Source of the DNA: Callorhinchus milii | Lineage: Eukaryota | Direction: 5' to 3' | Length of the DNA: 64,000 bases | Assembly: GCF_018977255.1 (NCBI RefSeq) | Contig: NW_024704750.1 | Location: 8,184,001-8,248,000 of the forward strand | In this document: positions 1-13,920 of the stretch, piece by piece | Position numbering within the stretch: position 1 is the stretch's first letter | Layout of the letters: every line of letters starts with the position of its first letter | Translations under genes and position numbers: made by a program | The notes under the pieces: model-generated | Database searches by the model: none | The model's input: only the letters and a program-made list of their open reading frames with translations | Told to the model about the DNA's origin: nothing

Positions 1-3000
1 TTATTCTGAATAATGTTAGGGAAAATATTTTTTAAATGTTGGTCTGGACTGCTTTTGAACATAGTCACTTATTAATTCGAGTCCGAAATGACATAGCAGC
101 TTGTAGGCTAAACCTGTTGAGGTGGTAAAATTATAATGATCTAGTGAGTGTGCTTTAGATTGTGCTTATAGTGTACCCACATTTAGAAGAATAGCAATGT
201 CATATGTCCAGCATTTGTTACTCAGAGTGTTTATATAGTGTTGAGTGATCTAAACGCCAAAGAATGTGGCTAACCAGTGTCATTTGGGATCTTCAGCACT
301 GCTACGGAAACTTCACATTCTTCAGACTAACTTGTGGTTTGCCAGCACATTCCAGAATCATGAGGTATAATTAATTTTGGAAGTGAGTACAGTGATCTGT
401 ACCTCACTAGTGAAGTTCAGGAAAAAATATTCATTGGGGCTAACTGTACAGCTCATTTTGATATTTCCACTATAAAAGTTTGAATGGAATTTTCAGCTTT
501 TTTTTAAAAAAAAGTTTGTAAAGTTTTCAGGAATCGTACAAATCCAGTGAAAGGAGCTTTAAAAGTTGACTTGATCCTTCCCTGCCTTTGCCAGGGCTGC
601 TGTTTTCGAATCAGGTCTCCAAATACTGTATTTTAGTATTTAGTATTAGAATTGTTGGGGGGGGGCTTCTTAATGGGGTGCACTTGAAAATACAATAACA
701 AGTTTTAGTTATGCAAATTTTAGCCCTTTAAGTACTACTAAAATAACGAGCTTTGAAGGCACTCGGTTCCTGTGCCGCCAGCATTATTGTTTCTCCACTC
801 ACCTTTGGCTGATGAATATCAACCTGAAAATTGCATCAAAGTTTGACTTCAACGCTTTAAGGAGGAACGTCCATTTTAAAACACCATATTTCAATGGAGG
901 CTCTAAATAAAACCAAGGCAAACAATTTTCTGGACAATATTGCCAAATTAGTTGAGTTCAAATGACTGTACGAATTGATTGTGGTATCGGAGCTCAGAAA
1001 CTCAATTTTTAATGTGATATTCCGCTTTTGGGTTGTATTTCTCAAACTGGGCACACTGATTGGAAGAATCAGGTTTACAAAAGATCACTTGAAACTTATA
1101 AACCAAAATGCAGACACTAAGTGTTAATCGTGTTCCCATTGAGTACTGAATGCCTTTAAATATAAATAGAGCAGCATTCGACAGGTTCAATTTTTTCAGA
1201 TAAAGCTGGAACAATGTGTGCTGCTTGATTGGATAGAAATCTTTAAATGGTTCAGGAGAAGGAATAACAGACCCAATTCCTGGCTGCAATGTTTTGTACT
1301 TTGCTTTTCTGTTCATACCCTGTTGTACAAATCCACATTTTAAAAAGAAACACTAAAACAAATTCATAAAAACTTCAAATCATTTATAGCCTTATTTAAT
1401 GTCCCAATAAGGACATCATCAGAGCTAAGAGTGATTCCTTGAAGAAGTATATTGTCACTGTGCCAATCTGATGGGAGAGTTCTTTATAATGACAGTGTAT
1501 TGATGAATGCAAAAAGTAATCTGAATGTATGGGCTGATATGTCAACAGCTGCATAGTCATAGGCTTAAAGTCGCTGGCAATATGAAACTTATTAATATGA
1601 ACAATCATACTAAATACTCCTAAGTATAAATGGACTAAACAAACAATGAAAGCTATCCTAGCTCGAATTGTACCCTGAGAACCAGTCCCCAGAGGTGGCT
1701 CAGGGACACATGAGCTGTAAAACTAAACCACGCTACTCTTGTGGCAGCAAATTTAGTGTTCAAGTATTCTCACTCAGTCCACAAACTAGTCCACAAGAAG
1801 GATTTTTTTGCCATCTTGAAATCCCACTGAATAATAGTGATTGATGCGTATCATCAAAAAATGGGGGGGGAAATTGTTCAGCTTTATTGTTGGGACACCC
1901 ATAGAATTATCAAAATTACTGTACTTCATTTCAAAAGGTCCAAAACCATCACGCAATTATTTTCATTCTATTGGTTGTATTAAAACATTAATACAGGACT
2001 TTTGTACACAGTAATTGTGTCTCATCACCTCCATTTCCACTCTATCATTATAAAGATTGAGCTTCAGATCTGAAAATTAGAAATCAGACATTTTAGGTTA
2101 AAATGAGCACCATATCTGAGAACTCGACCTAAATGATGAATAGTCTCGGCGCTGCTGCTATAAGCACTTACCTAAAGGTCCATGTCCTTAACCAGCATTG
2201 GATTTTAGAATTTGGAAACTTTTTTGTTTCCAGATGGAAGCATCTGCCACCAATGCATACACATTTTGTTCTGTTCAAGGATTAAGAAATGCTAGACAAT
2301 AGTAACTGTCAGCAAGTTATGCATCTTTCTCTAATTAAATATTGTAACTATATAAGTGAGCAAACCATGCAGGGCACAATAAAAAATGTTTTTCTGAATA
2401 TCTGCACTCAGCACTGACGAATCAAATTGAAAATGTACTGAATATTATCTTTATAGGAGCCAGGTTTTAGATTGCTATGTCCAGCCTAAATACCACAGGA
2501 ATGCTTTCTGGATATTGTAAGGAGGTACTGTGTGGAGAAGGAATAGTTCTGCTTGAAGATTGCAAAGGCACTGCACAGAAAGGGAAATCGGTGATGTGGC
2601 ATAGAAGGTGCTGTTTTCTTTACTGTCACAACCAATTGGAAACAGTTTGACTCTTGCAGATGTTTTTAAAAACGAGGACAATAACTTTTCTGTACTGCAC
2701 TTCAAGGAATCCAGTGCCCAGGATAATAAGATAACAGCGGATGGGTTCATTAGATGTTTCCATATGACTCAGATACATATTCTGGTGTAGCCAACCAAAG
2801 AAAATCAGATCATATTATGAACCTTCTACCTGCTAAGAAAGTTGAGGAAATGTGGATGATAATGAAAATGTTAGATAAATAATAAAATGCAAGAATGCCA
2901 AAACAAGGTGAGCTTTGAGTGATGATTGCACAAGCTAGGATTCTTCAGTCTTGAAGAGATGTCTCAGAGGAGGCCTTTGAGAACTATACAAGATACAAAA

Positions 3001-6000
3001 AACTTAGAACAATGCATTTGAATGCAGAACAAGAGATTACAGGTTTAGGTTTGCAAAGTACAATTTCAGAACAGACTGCAGCAGAGAGGATTTGTTTCCC
3101 CTGAGGATAATTGACAACTGGAACAAGTTAATCATAAGGATTGTTATGGCCAGGATGGTGGAATCATTTAAAAAGACAGCTCGAATCTGTGATGGAAAGA
3201 ATGGTAGGGTGGGTATTCTGGAGGGAAAAGAACAAGGGCTTTCTTCATTTAAACCTATCGAGAACTTGTGAAATTTGTTGGGGGTGGAGTTCTGGTTGAA
3301 GGAAATGATAACAGTGGATGAGATGAGAGATAAACTGACAAAAGAAACTAATGGTAACTGAGCTCAGTGGAAAGGCTATTGAATTGGAATCAGTAAAGGA
3401 CATGGATGTCATAGAAGAAAGCAATTTTGTATGTCTTGCAGCAGTGGTTTAAACAACCTTTACACAGCCATATGATTGATACTGTTTGGGCTATAACTTA
3501 AGGCAAGAAAGGTGACTAGGCCAACTGAGCCGGCTGAGTTAGTGAGAGATGGAGAGGTAAGTGATGTTTGAGGAAGTAGAACAGACATTAAGGCAGATAA
3601 AAAGAACCTTGGGCAGGTGAAGAATAACCAATTTTTGGTTGAGAGGAAAGTTGAAGAGCTTCAGTATGTTGTTCCATTAGTTGGGAGAACAGGAAACATT
3701 ACTGTACCTCTGGGTTGGAAACTGGCCATTTCTTTACATAAGAGAGGAACAAGGAATTCCAGAGCCAGTAGGCTGGGCAACGTAAGATAGTATGGTTATT
3801 CATGAAATATGTGTATTGAGGCAGTTACTGGAGTTTTGCAGAGAGAATAAATAGTGGCAGGATCCAGCTAACTATTGAAGAAAGTTCATGTTCTTAAGAA
3901 TGCCTCCTCCTCTCATTTTGACAATGGAATCCTATTGGTGTGGCTTTGAGATTCAGTATTGTACTTTGCCATTATGTTTCATACATTTGATCAAAGATAG
4001 ACAGACTGTCCTTTGAGCGTGCAAAATGATCAGAAAGGAATATTCTTTGTAAGCATGTTTCAGGATATTTTGATGGTGTGGGTATATCTGAGGATTGAAC
4101 TTGGTTGTTACGTCATAAATACAGTTTAAGTTAAACCCTGTGACATGAAATCCATGTCTCGACGTGAAAGGCACTATATCAAATGCAGGTATTATTATGA
4201 AAAAATAGCTTGCTGATATTTGCGGTCTAGGCTTACGCATGAAGATTGGCCACCAGCAGCATTCGTTTCCTGTGCAGCTATACACTAACACACCTCAGCC
4301 TATTTGGTAAAAGAGGTGAGTGAAATAATTGGGAGAGGAATAAGAAATAAATACTGTTCCTTTTGAAGCACTTAATTCGTTAGTTGTGAAGGAACAGGTG
4401 ACAAGATAAACAGGTTGTGTAGGTTTTATTTTGCACCCAAATTAGTAATTTTGGTTAGATCCAGGTGGATTGTGGTGCAAATACCAATCCTAAATTTTGC
4501 TGCTAATGTTTAATGTGTTTAAATAATTGTAAAAGCTGTGTTGCTGTCTTAATACCAAAGTTGCTCATTCAATTAAGAGCGTGTTCTCCCTAATAAAAAC
4601 TCCTGATGTAAGTGTACCTTTAAATGAGTTACAGTGGAACCTGTGCATTCCACTTAAGTTCTTATAGGTTCATATTAAGAATGGCTTTTGATGATCCTAG
4701 TGAAGAGGCTTTTAGGCTTTGTCACTCTTTCCACATTCAGCATATGCCTTAGAAGATTGCAAGAGCATGTGTAATTAATTATTCATTCCAGTTGCTCTGT
4801 AGCAAATCGTTGCTGTTCTGAGAAAACTAACTGCAGAACTCGGATATTTAAATTAGACCTCAAACACGAGTAGATTTTATCACTTCAGTACCCATTCATT
4901 CATTCACCTAAATTGTTACAGTTAAACCTCTACGTATATCTATTTTATAGTTCAAAGTAGTTAATATTTACTACTACAAACCAGTTGAAGTACAATATTA
5001 ATTCATCCAAAGTAATTATTTCTCAGTGTAGCCTGAAAGAGAATTGTATTGATCAGCCAGCAGTGATATTTGGGTTTGCAGTGCACCAATTTTTCAGGTG
5101 GATACGATCTTGCCTCTGAATCTTTGCAGCCGAGAGGAAAAGGGTTATTGTACAATAAATAACATATAACTGAGTGATCTGAATTTTTCACAATAACTCC
5201 TGAGTACAATTTGTAGTTTTTTTTTAAAAGAAGCTTTTGACTGGGTAAATGTTCAATATTGTTTTTAAAAAGCTTTTTTTTGAGTTGCAAATTTTTTATA
5301 ATAAAGTATTATGATTCAAAGGTAAAAGGTGTGTTTTAAACCACTTGCAAGTTGTTGGAAGTTAAATCCAAATGATTGTCTTTTCAAAACCTGAAAACGT
5401 CCCCTATTTCTATGCAACGCTGTTTCATTTAAGTGTATTTTGAAAAAGGGAATTTTTTGCTTCTAAGTGTGTAGTTTCCAATCCAATTACATTTCTAATC
5501 TGTTAATGGTATTGAGTTTTAGAGTGTAAATAATATGCTTAAGGAGTGTTAGTTTGTTAACATAGGAAAAAAAACTTTGGGAAAAAAAACACATTTTGTT
5601 ATCCTATACTTGAGTTGTACACATCCACCTGTCTATATAAAAGTAGAAATGGAGTATGCAGTTTGTTCTTGAGGATTATCCATTCCAATACTGTAATTAG
5701 TGTGCAGCTTTTTTACATTGTTTGTCCATGAATCATTTTGCTTTAGTGCTGGAATGAGTTATTTTATTTACATGAGTCATTAGGCATTACCAGCTGGATG
5801 TCACTCATTTGGGGTTTTCTTTGATTTGATTTTCAGTTTTGCTGATTTTTTTTTAAAAAAGCCTACAGTTGAATCTTTCGTAGAACTGCAGGAATGGAAT
5901 GTCCATGTTTTATTCTGCTGCAGGGGAGAGCGGGTCTGTGGTCACATCAAATTAATGCTCTAATTTTGAGGTACTCATACTAGAGGTCACAAGGACCTGA

Positions 6001-6904
6001 TTCCTAGCTGACATGGAAGAAGCAGATCATGTGTAGAAATTGCATGTTTTTTCCTCCAATTTTTTCATCTCTTAAAAATAACGTCTTGAAAACAAGTGTG
6101 TTATTCTATTGTTTTAAAGACTGCCAAGAGAATGCAAAAGTTTACACCCTGTTGCCACCTTTTCCGGAAACATTCATCTAAAATCAACATAAAGGAAAAC
6201 ATTTTGAACTCGTGATCAATCTGTATAGATTGTACACCTGCAAAAGGTCTTAACATAATTAGGATATGTTTTTCCTGTGCAAAACTAATATGGTCAAACA
6301 TGGAAATTTGAAAATAAGCTTGTAAAAAGAAAACTATCATCTAAAATATCAGGGAGTTCTGATCAACCTCATTCTAGCCATTTCTGCTGGTCTGTAGGTC
6401 AGGTCAAATGAATAATTAATTTATTATCACCTTAATTGTAGGAATGCCTTAAAGTGCTTCACAGGATTTACTGTAAATTGTAGTTTACAGTATAAATAGA
6501 CTACTATTTGTACTACTATTTGTAGTCAAACATAGCAGCCGGTTTGAGAACGGCAGAATCCCACAAACAGCCATGAACTGAGTGACCATTTTTATCTGAA
6601 GGATTGTTGGCTAAGGCCCTGGAAGAAACTCCCTTCTCTTTTCAAATGGGATCATTAATATCCCAATGGGCTATTGGATAAATATTACCTCCAGTAATCT
6701 GAAAATGTAAAGTTAAGTAATTTCTCAAGCTGTGAAGTGCAGTAAATTTGACCTGTTTGTGAACTGGAATCCCCTATTGACAAGCTTCATCTGAGCCACA
6801 GTTATCAGCATGAGTATTTTCTTATCATTTATATTGGATTTTTAATGCAGTTAGTGCTCTGTCAATCTAAAATCGTTAATTTTCCTGCTTTCATTTTTTT
6901 GCAG

Positions 6905-7417
6905 CATTCATCAACCAATGGCACCAAGAATCAAAGGACAAAGTGATAATGCTGTTGCTGACCCATCTCCCATTGCTGAAGCCAGGAAACATTGATGCAA
7001 AAATGGAGTACATGAAACTCTTACCTAAAATTTTGGCTCATTCAATTGAGAACAATCAACACATAGAAGAGAGTAGACAACTTTTATCCTATGCTTTGAT
7101 CCATCCTGCCACCTCACTAGAAGACCGAAATGCATTAGCCATGTGGCTCAACCACTTAGAAGATCGCACGTCTGGTTATGGAGGCCAGAGCAGAGGACGT
7201 CCAGACTCGATGGATTATGGGCAGACTCTCTATCACCAAAGACAAAACTCTGATGACAAGCTCAATGGATGGCAAAATCTTCGGGATTCTGGTATCTGTG
7301 TGTCTGCTTCTAATTGGCCAGACAAGAACCCGGCTTGTGAGAATGGACATTTGCCACTTTATTCTTCCGTATCTGTACCCACAACTATCAATACTATTGG
7401 GACTAGCACAACCACAA
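6905..7417 (+). CDS. SAMD4A: SAMD4A/Smaug1 exon 3 equivalent (513 nt, phase 1-1)
   Basis: ttttttgcAG acceptor and A|GTAAGT donor; encodes [28 protein letters not shown]...[23 protein letters not shown], matching vertebrate Smaug1. Confidence 0.96.
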
Positions 7418-10400
7418 GTAAGTATTAAACAAATGTTTTGTGAGTATATGTTTAGGAAACGTTTATTGTTCACTGTAGTTGCTTGTGATATTCAGTGGAG
7501 GAAAAGTACTTAAATGTATAACTGGTCACACCAGGCATTTCTGCTGTAGTTTTCAGAGGTGGATCAATATTCTGTTTTTGGTAATTTAATATACATGAAC
7601 AAACTATCCTAGAAAACACTATTGCTGTTTGATTGGGTTCCAATACCATATTCCTGCAGTTCTGTACCTTACATTGTGCACTAAGAATACACTTCTTGCA
7701 TTCTTTTAGTTTTTCCTATTGATACAGTGACTTATGAGTCAAGTCCTTTAGATCAGCTACATGGACACGATGGAAAAATCATTAAATTATACCAAATTGA
7801 GGTTATTCCGAGAGGAAAAACTGAAAAAATGGTGTGATACTAGTTTAATGGAAAAGTCATGTCTATGCATCCACTTGCACTTTATGATTTCTTCCATTTA
7901 CAGGAAATTTAGGTCAACAGAGAAAACCGAAGTGATGAATTGAAATGGCCTGTAGCACTCAAGTAAATAATCACCAGACCTTTTCTGAAATTTAAGAAAA
8001 CCCTGTAACTAATACTTAAACTCAGAATTCAAAGAAGCCTTATTACAGATAAATTGCCTTGATTTTTAAGATGCATCATGCTGAACTCAAATCCCTGTTG
8101 TCATTTTGTACAGAAACTGCTTGTATTCCTATCCAAAACTTTTGCTGGATGAGTGCAAATGTAAGCTCTTGCATGGCTAGAATAATCTCACCATTGAAAT
8201 GCTGTAAATGTCTTAGGTCCTGTAAAGAGTAACTTAGACTGTGACCTGAGTTCTGGCCTATTCTTCAAGGGAGATTTGTATTTTGGCAGTAATGTAGGAG
8301 CTTAGCACTGCCCAGACAATTGGGGAAATAGAAAAAGCATTTCCGCTTGAAGCACAGCAGTGTCAGTTCTTGCTGTAAGTACATCAGAATTAAAACATGT
8401 AGAAATGTATAATGTTTGAGACCTTTATTAAACGGGTACAGGCTATGTCAGCTGTTCCACTGAAATCCTGGAATCTGTTTCAAAGCTATCAGTTTCAGTT
8501 TAGTCCCTTCTCTGGTTTGTACTGAATTGTTTGATCTCAAATGGAGTACTCCAAATGACCTCACTTTAAGTTGGAGGGAAAAATCAGCCCGGGTTCTTGG
8601 CCTTAATTCCTATCGAGCGGTCCCACAAATGGGTTTATGTGGACGTCAGTTGAAGACTAGTTTGGCTGTGAAGTTTTCTATTCTCGTCTCCCATCTCTTT
8701 CCTTCAGATTTCCTTTTGCAGTCTTGCCAATTTCTTGAATTTTTGTGCTTCTGGCATCTAAGATTGTATAAGTACACTCACCGACTGTTAACTCGGTGTA
8801 CTGTATTCTTCAAGAGGTCAGTTCAAACCATTACCAGAATGGCTTTGGGTTTTTGTTTGAGATCAGTTATTCAGAATTTCTAAAATGAAGCTGGACTAGC
8901 TTGTTTATGCCAATCACGCTTGCGAGCAGGAATGGGGTTGGGGAGATGAAAAAATACTCCTGGATCTGAAGGCTACAGTTGGTACATCAGTATACCTGTA
9001 TAATCTAGGCTTGTGTGAAAAATAGGCACGAGAATGAACAGCACAGCACGTCACTTAATTTTGTTGCTGATTTGTGTTTTAACCCACCATTTTTCAAGCA
9101 TGTAACTATTGAACTTTTGATGCATTTTGATTAATTGAAAATCTGGTGTGACTGATCATTTAAAAATATTTTGCTTTTTGGCTGCTGTGTTTTGTGTCTT
9201 AAGAACTTGGTTATGATTTACTAGTGTAGAAATAAATTTTAGCATTTTAAAAAAAAGCATATTGTTGAGTCAGGGTTTGAATTTTTTTTCCTAAGCAGCT
9301 GTAATGTAACCCCTCATTTCACAAGCCTTAGTTCAATTACCGTTTATTTTGAGATGTGCTGTTAAATTTAGTAAAAATGCATTCTGTGGAAATTGTTTCA
9401 GTGAATATTCATACAGAAATGTTGTTAGTGAGACCAAATTTGAAGCGAAGTCTAAATTCAATAGTTAGTCCACTGAACTAAACTGTTCTTGTACTAAGGG
9501 TGGTTTGAGGTTAGCCATCGTAGATAGGTATCTCACCAAAAACTGAAATGCTGCTTTTAGTAACATTCTTATTATATTTTAAGCTGAATTCTTTACAGTT
9601 GGATCACATTATTTTTAGATAATGTACATATTTTTGCTCTCTGGGATAAAAGTGTTAACTTGTTTGCCACTGCAATTATCACTGGAGGTTAGTACAGATT
9701 TCATTGTTGGCTTTGAGGCCATAGAGAGAGTTGAGCAAAATTTTAAATTTGATAAATCATATTTCATGCTGGGAGGACATCTCAAGCACTTCAGAGATTA
9801 CTGTGGGGTGTAGTGACAGTATATTTTGCAGTGAATGCAGCAGCTGATTTAAGCATAGCAATGTCCTACAAACAGTTATGTAGAGAACGACCAATTTTAT
9901 ACACAGGCTTGTTTGTTGGTCAGGATATTGCGAGAAACTCCCTTTTCAAATAATGCCAAGGGATCTTTGCATTGTGGGGAGCAGTTTTCATCATTAATCA
10001 AAAATCCTTAACCAGCAAATCAAAATGGAAATGTTTTAGGTTGTAATTTGGTTCCAATTTGTTGAATTATTGTGTTGATCTTGCAAAAATCTAATGTAGT
10101 ATTAATCCTGAAATATGCTATTTATTTTTGATGCACTATTTATAGTTGTATTTGTGTTGGTTTTGAGGCTGGTTTAAGACATGGTTGTTGGAAAGTGGAT
10201 TCCTGTCATGCAGTGTGTTTTATCAATGACAATATTTCTAAGTAGCCAGATAAGGCTTGAATATATTGGGGATGACTCTGATTACTATCTATGTAAGGAG
10301 CATAACTGGGACTGAGTAACTATTGCCATATCAGGACATTGGCATCAATGTGTGTGTGTGTGTATCGTAATTGGAAAGATGAAGGTTTAACTTTATTATT

Positions 10401-11512
10401 GCAATTGAAAGTATTATTCTCTTTTGGGGGAATAGCATTATGATGCAGCTGATTACAATTGGCCAAAATTAGCATTTTTGTTCATTGTAAATAAAATCTG
10501 TGGATATGTAATAGTTTCATTCTTGCTCTGGCATTTCTGGAGACCAGGCGAGCTGGAGTATACCAATGCATCTGTTTGTACTGGTACTAAGCTTTTAACT
10601 GCATTTTTGCAGTTTTTGCTGTCTAAAGATAATGAAATGTATTGTATACTGTTTCTAGAAGCAAAGCAGCAATACTCAATATTGTGTATTTGACTTGTGG
10701 GAGGAAAAAAGGAAAGCTTAATGTGCAAGAGTAGATTTGAAGTTGAAATAGCAATACTGAGAAAGTAGGTCAAATTAATAATATTTTATGTCACATAACT
10801 TATGTAGATCAGAAATTCTTTGTTTCTTGAAATCAAAGTGCTGAATGAAGCAGTGGTCTGAATCTGGCAGACTGAAAAATAGGAGCACTTCCGGTGCCAT
10901 TCGTACCAGTATTGAGAAAAAGAACAAAATAAAATGATCAACAAAACCATCTCTGTTCCTCTGCCAAAATATCTTCCTTTGTGAAATAGCAGCTTTGCTT
11001 GACCAATGAATGCTCCTTTACAAGAACTCATGCCACAGTAGCTGTACAATGGTGAGCAAAGCTTACATTTACTTTAAAATATCTTTCTCCAAGACTGACA
11101 TGCTGGAAACTAATACACATTTTTATTTAGAAGCTTTAATGTTTCTCGTGAAAAGCTGTTGGAGGTGTTGATGTTTTGGTGAAAATTTCTAGGTGGGGAG
11201 AATACAAAGGAGCTAAGTTAGAGGCCAACAGTCTTTCAGTGAACAGTTAATTATTTTTTTAGAACTCTAGGCCATAAACATGCATTTATTGAATAAACAT
11301 GTATTTAACACTAAAATTACAGATTCACAGTTGTAAACTGAACAGGTTTTAAGCAGGTTCAGATGAAGACTGTCGATTGACCTCATTCTCTTAAATAGAG
11401 TGAGCCCCAGTGTCTTTCCCATCACTGAAGCAAGTACGAATTGCCATTTGCAATCCTAACCCAAACCTTCAATAAATGTAAGAATTTCACTAATGGTTGT
11501 TTATGTAATACT

Positions 11513-11615
11513 AATAATAATCCTTGCATTTGACATAGCACCTAATTGTGTCTTTGAGACGTCCCAAACCACTTCACAGAATATACTGTAAAGTGAATTG
11601 ACTGTATATTCTGTG
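11513..11615 (-). mobile_element. SINE 3' fragment
   Basis: (AAT)nCCTTGCATTTGACATAGCACC...GTAAAGTGAATTGACTGTATATT. Confidence 0.8.
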
Positions 11616-12494
11616 TGCCAGTAACCATGGAAGTGGTCCATAGTGCACTACCAATGTAAGTGATCAGATATGCATTATCTGAGCACTGAACACAACATGA
11701 ATGACTTTTGTAACAAATGCGTATTCTTACTGGAACCTGCAGGCAAGAAATTGTTCAGGTATGTAAAGTATGTTTAAATCTACAGAGCACGGACAATGTT
11801 TATAATAAGTATACCAAAGAATCATTGTATTATATTTAGTTCAAATAGCAGATCATGGCATTCAGGCAGAATGCATTTCTCAACTTTCACACTGATGAAA
11901 TACACACGAGTAACATCGAAACAGAGCAGCTTAATCATTTGAGTGTAGCTAAAGTATAACTTTTTTAAAAATAGTTCTTTCAATATTTGAATTTGTGCAT
12001 GTTCTGCTTGCAAGAAAGTACATGGTGTTTTAGGTTTGTTGGTATGGGCGTGCATATGTTAGCACAGTGTGCTTAAATTGGCATGAATAGCAGCAATGTG
12101 TATTGAAATGTTTGCTTTGTATAGGGTGGCATATTTGGCGCAACTGATATCCAAGTCTAGTTCTTTCCTGTTTTTAAGGATCTTGGAGTAAACTTGAATC
12201 GTAAAAGAATTTGAATGGCTGCTGATACTTGCATAAACTTGAACTAAAGTAGCAATTTCACATAGGTTGCATAGTCATGGTGGGTTTATTGGTAGGTGGT
12301 TGCTTGTTATGCTTCATAGTTTATCATGAGTTAAGTTTGGTGAATAACCTGCTCTGTTAATATAATGCTGCGGTACAGCAGAAAGCCATTTCACAAAAGC
12401 AGAAGCATTTGACTGATTAGGGATATTCTGCACCAAGCACAACGAAGACGTTTTAGTTTTCACTTCCAAATCGCAAATAGGAGTTTGCAGTTTG

Positions 12495-13920
12495 GCAGTT
12501 TGTATTACTGGATAACTCACTAACTACAGAGGGATCTCGCTGATTTCAGTGGATCTTAAAGTAGTGCTTAGTGTAGTCACTGCATGTATGGATGTGAGCT
12601 CCTGGGGATGCAGCGAAGAGGCTTTCTTTGACCCATCTGTAAAGTCCAGGATCAAGCAGTGAGGTGGATTTGTGGCAAACACAGGAAGCAACTACAGGGA
12701 GGGAGGGCTCTGCTCTACACTGACCTGTCTCTAAGCATCCTGGAGGTGGAGGTGACTTCACAGCGGGCACATCTATTTGCCAAGGCCCCTCACACGAGGA
12801 ACTGGATTGAGCAACTGGTTCTGAGTAAGGCTGGTACGCAGCATTGAACTTGGACCTCAAGAACATCAAGGTGGTTGGCATGTCACAAGCTGTCCTGTAA
12901 AGGTCTGTCCCATGCTGAGGGCAGGTGCCTGCCAGAGAGCTGATGAAGAAACTCTGAAGCTTGGAGCGACAGCTGCTGGAAGGCGTTACCTGGTGTTTGT
13001 GAGCACACGTTCATACGTCCAGTGCCTGGAATTCACCGTGATTGGCCTGCAGAGAGGCAAGCACCTGCTGCTTAACTCCGCACCTCCAACTGGTGGAACC
13101 ATCGCACGATGGGAAGGGATGTGTGCACAAGCTCAAACAGGAAGGGCCACTGAATTCAGGGAGATCCCTTTGTAGTTAGTGAGTCACCCAGTAGTACAAA
13201 TGCTCTCACGCATTTCATGCTGAGATGCATTGCCCAACGGGAAGCTCGTAGGGAATTCCTTGTACATACCATCCATCTAGTGAGGGCTCAAACCTGTGCT
13301 TCTCAGATGTTGAACGACCAACTAATGACTTTCCTCCGGGGGTGGGAGGGGAGGTAAGTGGGGTCTCCTTAGAGCTGAACTGGCTCTAAGGTGACATGCC
13401 TGGCACTGGAATGTTGGAATCGAGCCAGACCTCTTTGGTAGTCCCGTTCCTGAGCCAAGCGTGTCTATGGTATTCTTGGGCACAATTGATGACAGCACAA
13501 CCAGTCTGACTTATCGGTAGGACCTGGAAAGTTAGACCAATCACTGGGGGTAGGGCTTCATTCCACTTGGCTCCTATTAACCCTGCAAGCCCTAATGGAT
13601 AAGGGGTGGTCCTAGCTGGACAAACAGGGAGAAAACTTGCTGGGCAGCAATATCAATGGCAAGCTATGCAATTTTAGATGGTTAGACCCCAGCAGTACAC
13701 CAACGCATACTCTGGGGTCACCAAGCCTTGGCTCTTGCCAACCTGCACCTATTACTTTCCGAAATTAGGTAAACAGGATGCGTCCCTCCAGGGAAAGTGC
13801 ACATTCCATTCCAACAATCGATCTCTGGGATTTCCATGTATAGGGTGGGATGCATGGAAATCTCAGCTTGGTTTGGATACCCTTAAGAACGGTGATGGGT
13901 TTCCACATGTGTCAAAGCAC
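12495..13920. mobile_element. GC-rich decayed element, probably LINE-derived, with an internal inverted repeat
   Basis: Sharp GC shift against the flanks; NY(R/K)GISL motif on both strands; no intact ORF. Confidence 0.45.

Noticed and set aside
857-1160. TTAA-flanked Kolobok/piggyBac-like element
   Set aside because: The ends are not reverse complements of each other; no TIR support.
2960-3900. Purine-rich stretch resembling decayed CR1/L2 (similar at about 15850-16270 and 25470-25800)
   Set aside because: Probably old LINE remnants, but too degraded to assign a family or boundaries by eye.
11614-11665. Similarity with 14812-14875 (GCCAG(T/C)AACCATGGAAGTG...TACCAAT)
   Set aside because: Short, probably an old dispersed repeat; cannot define the element.
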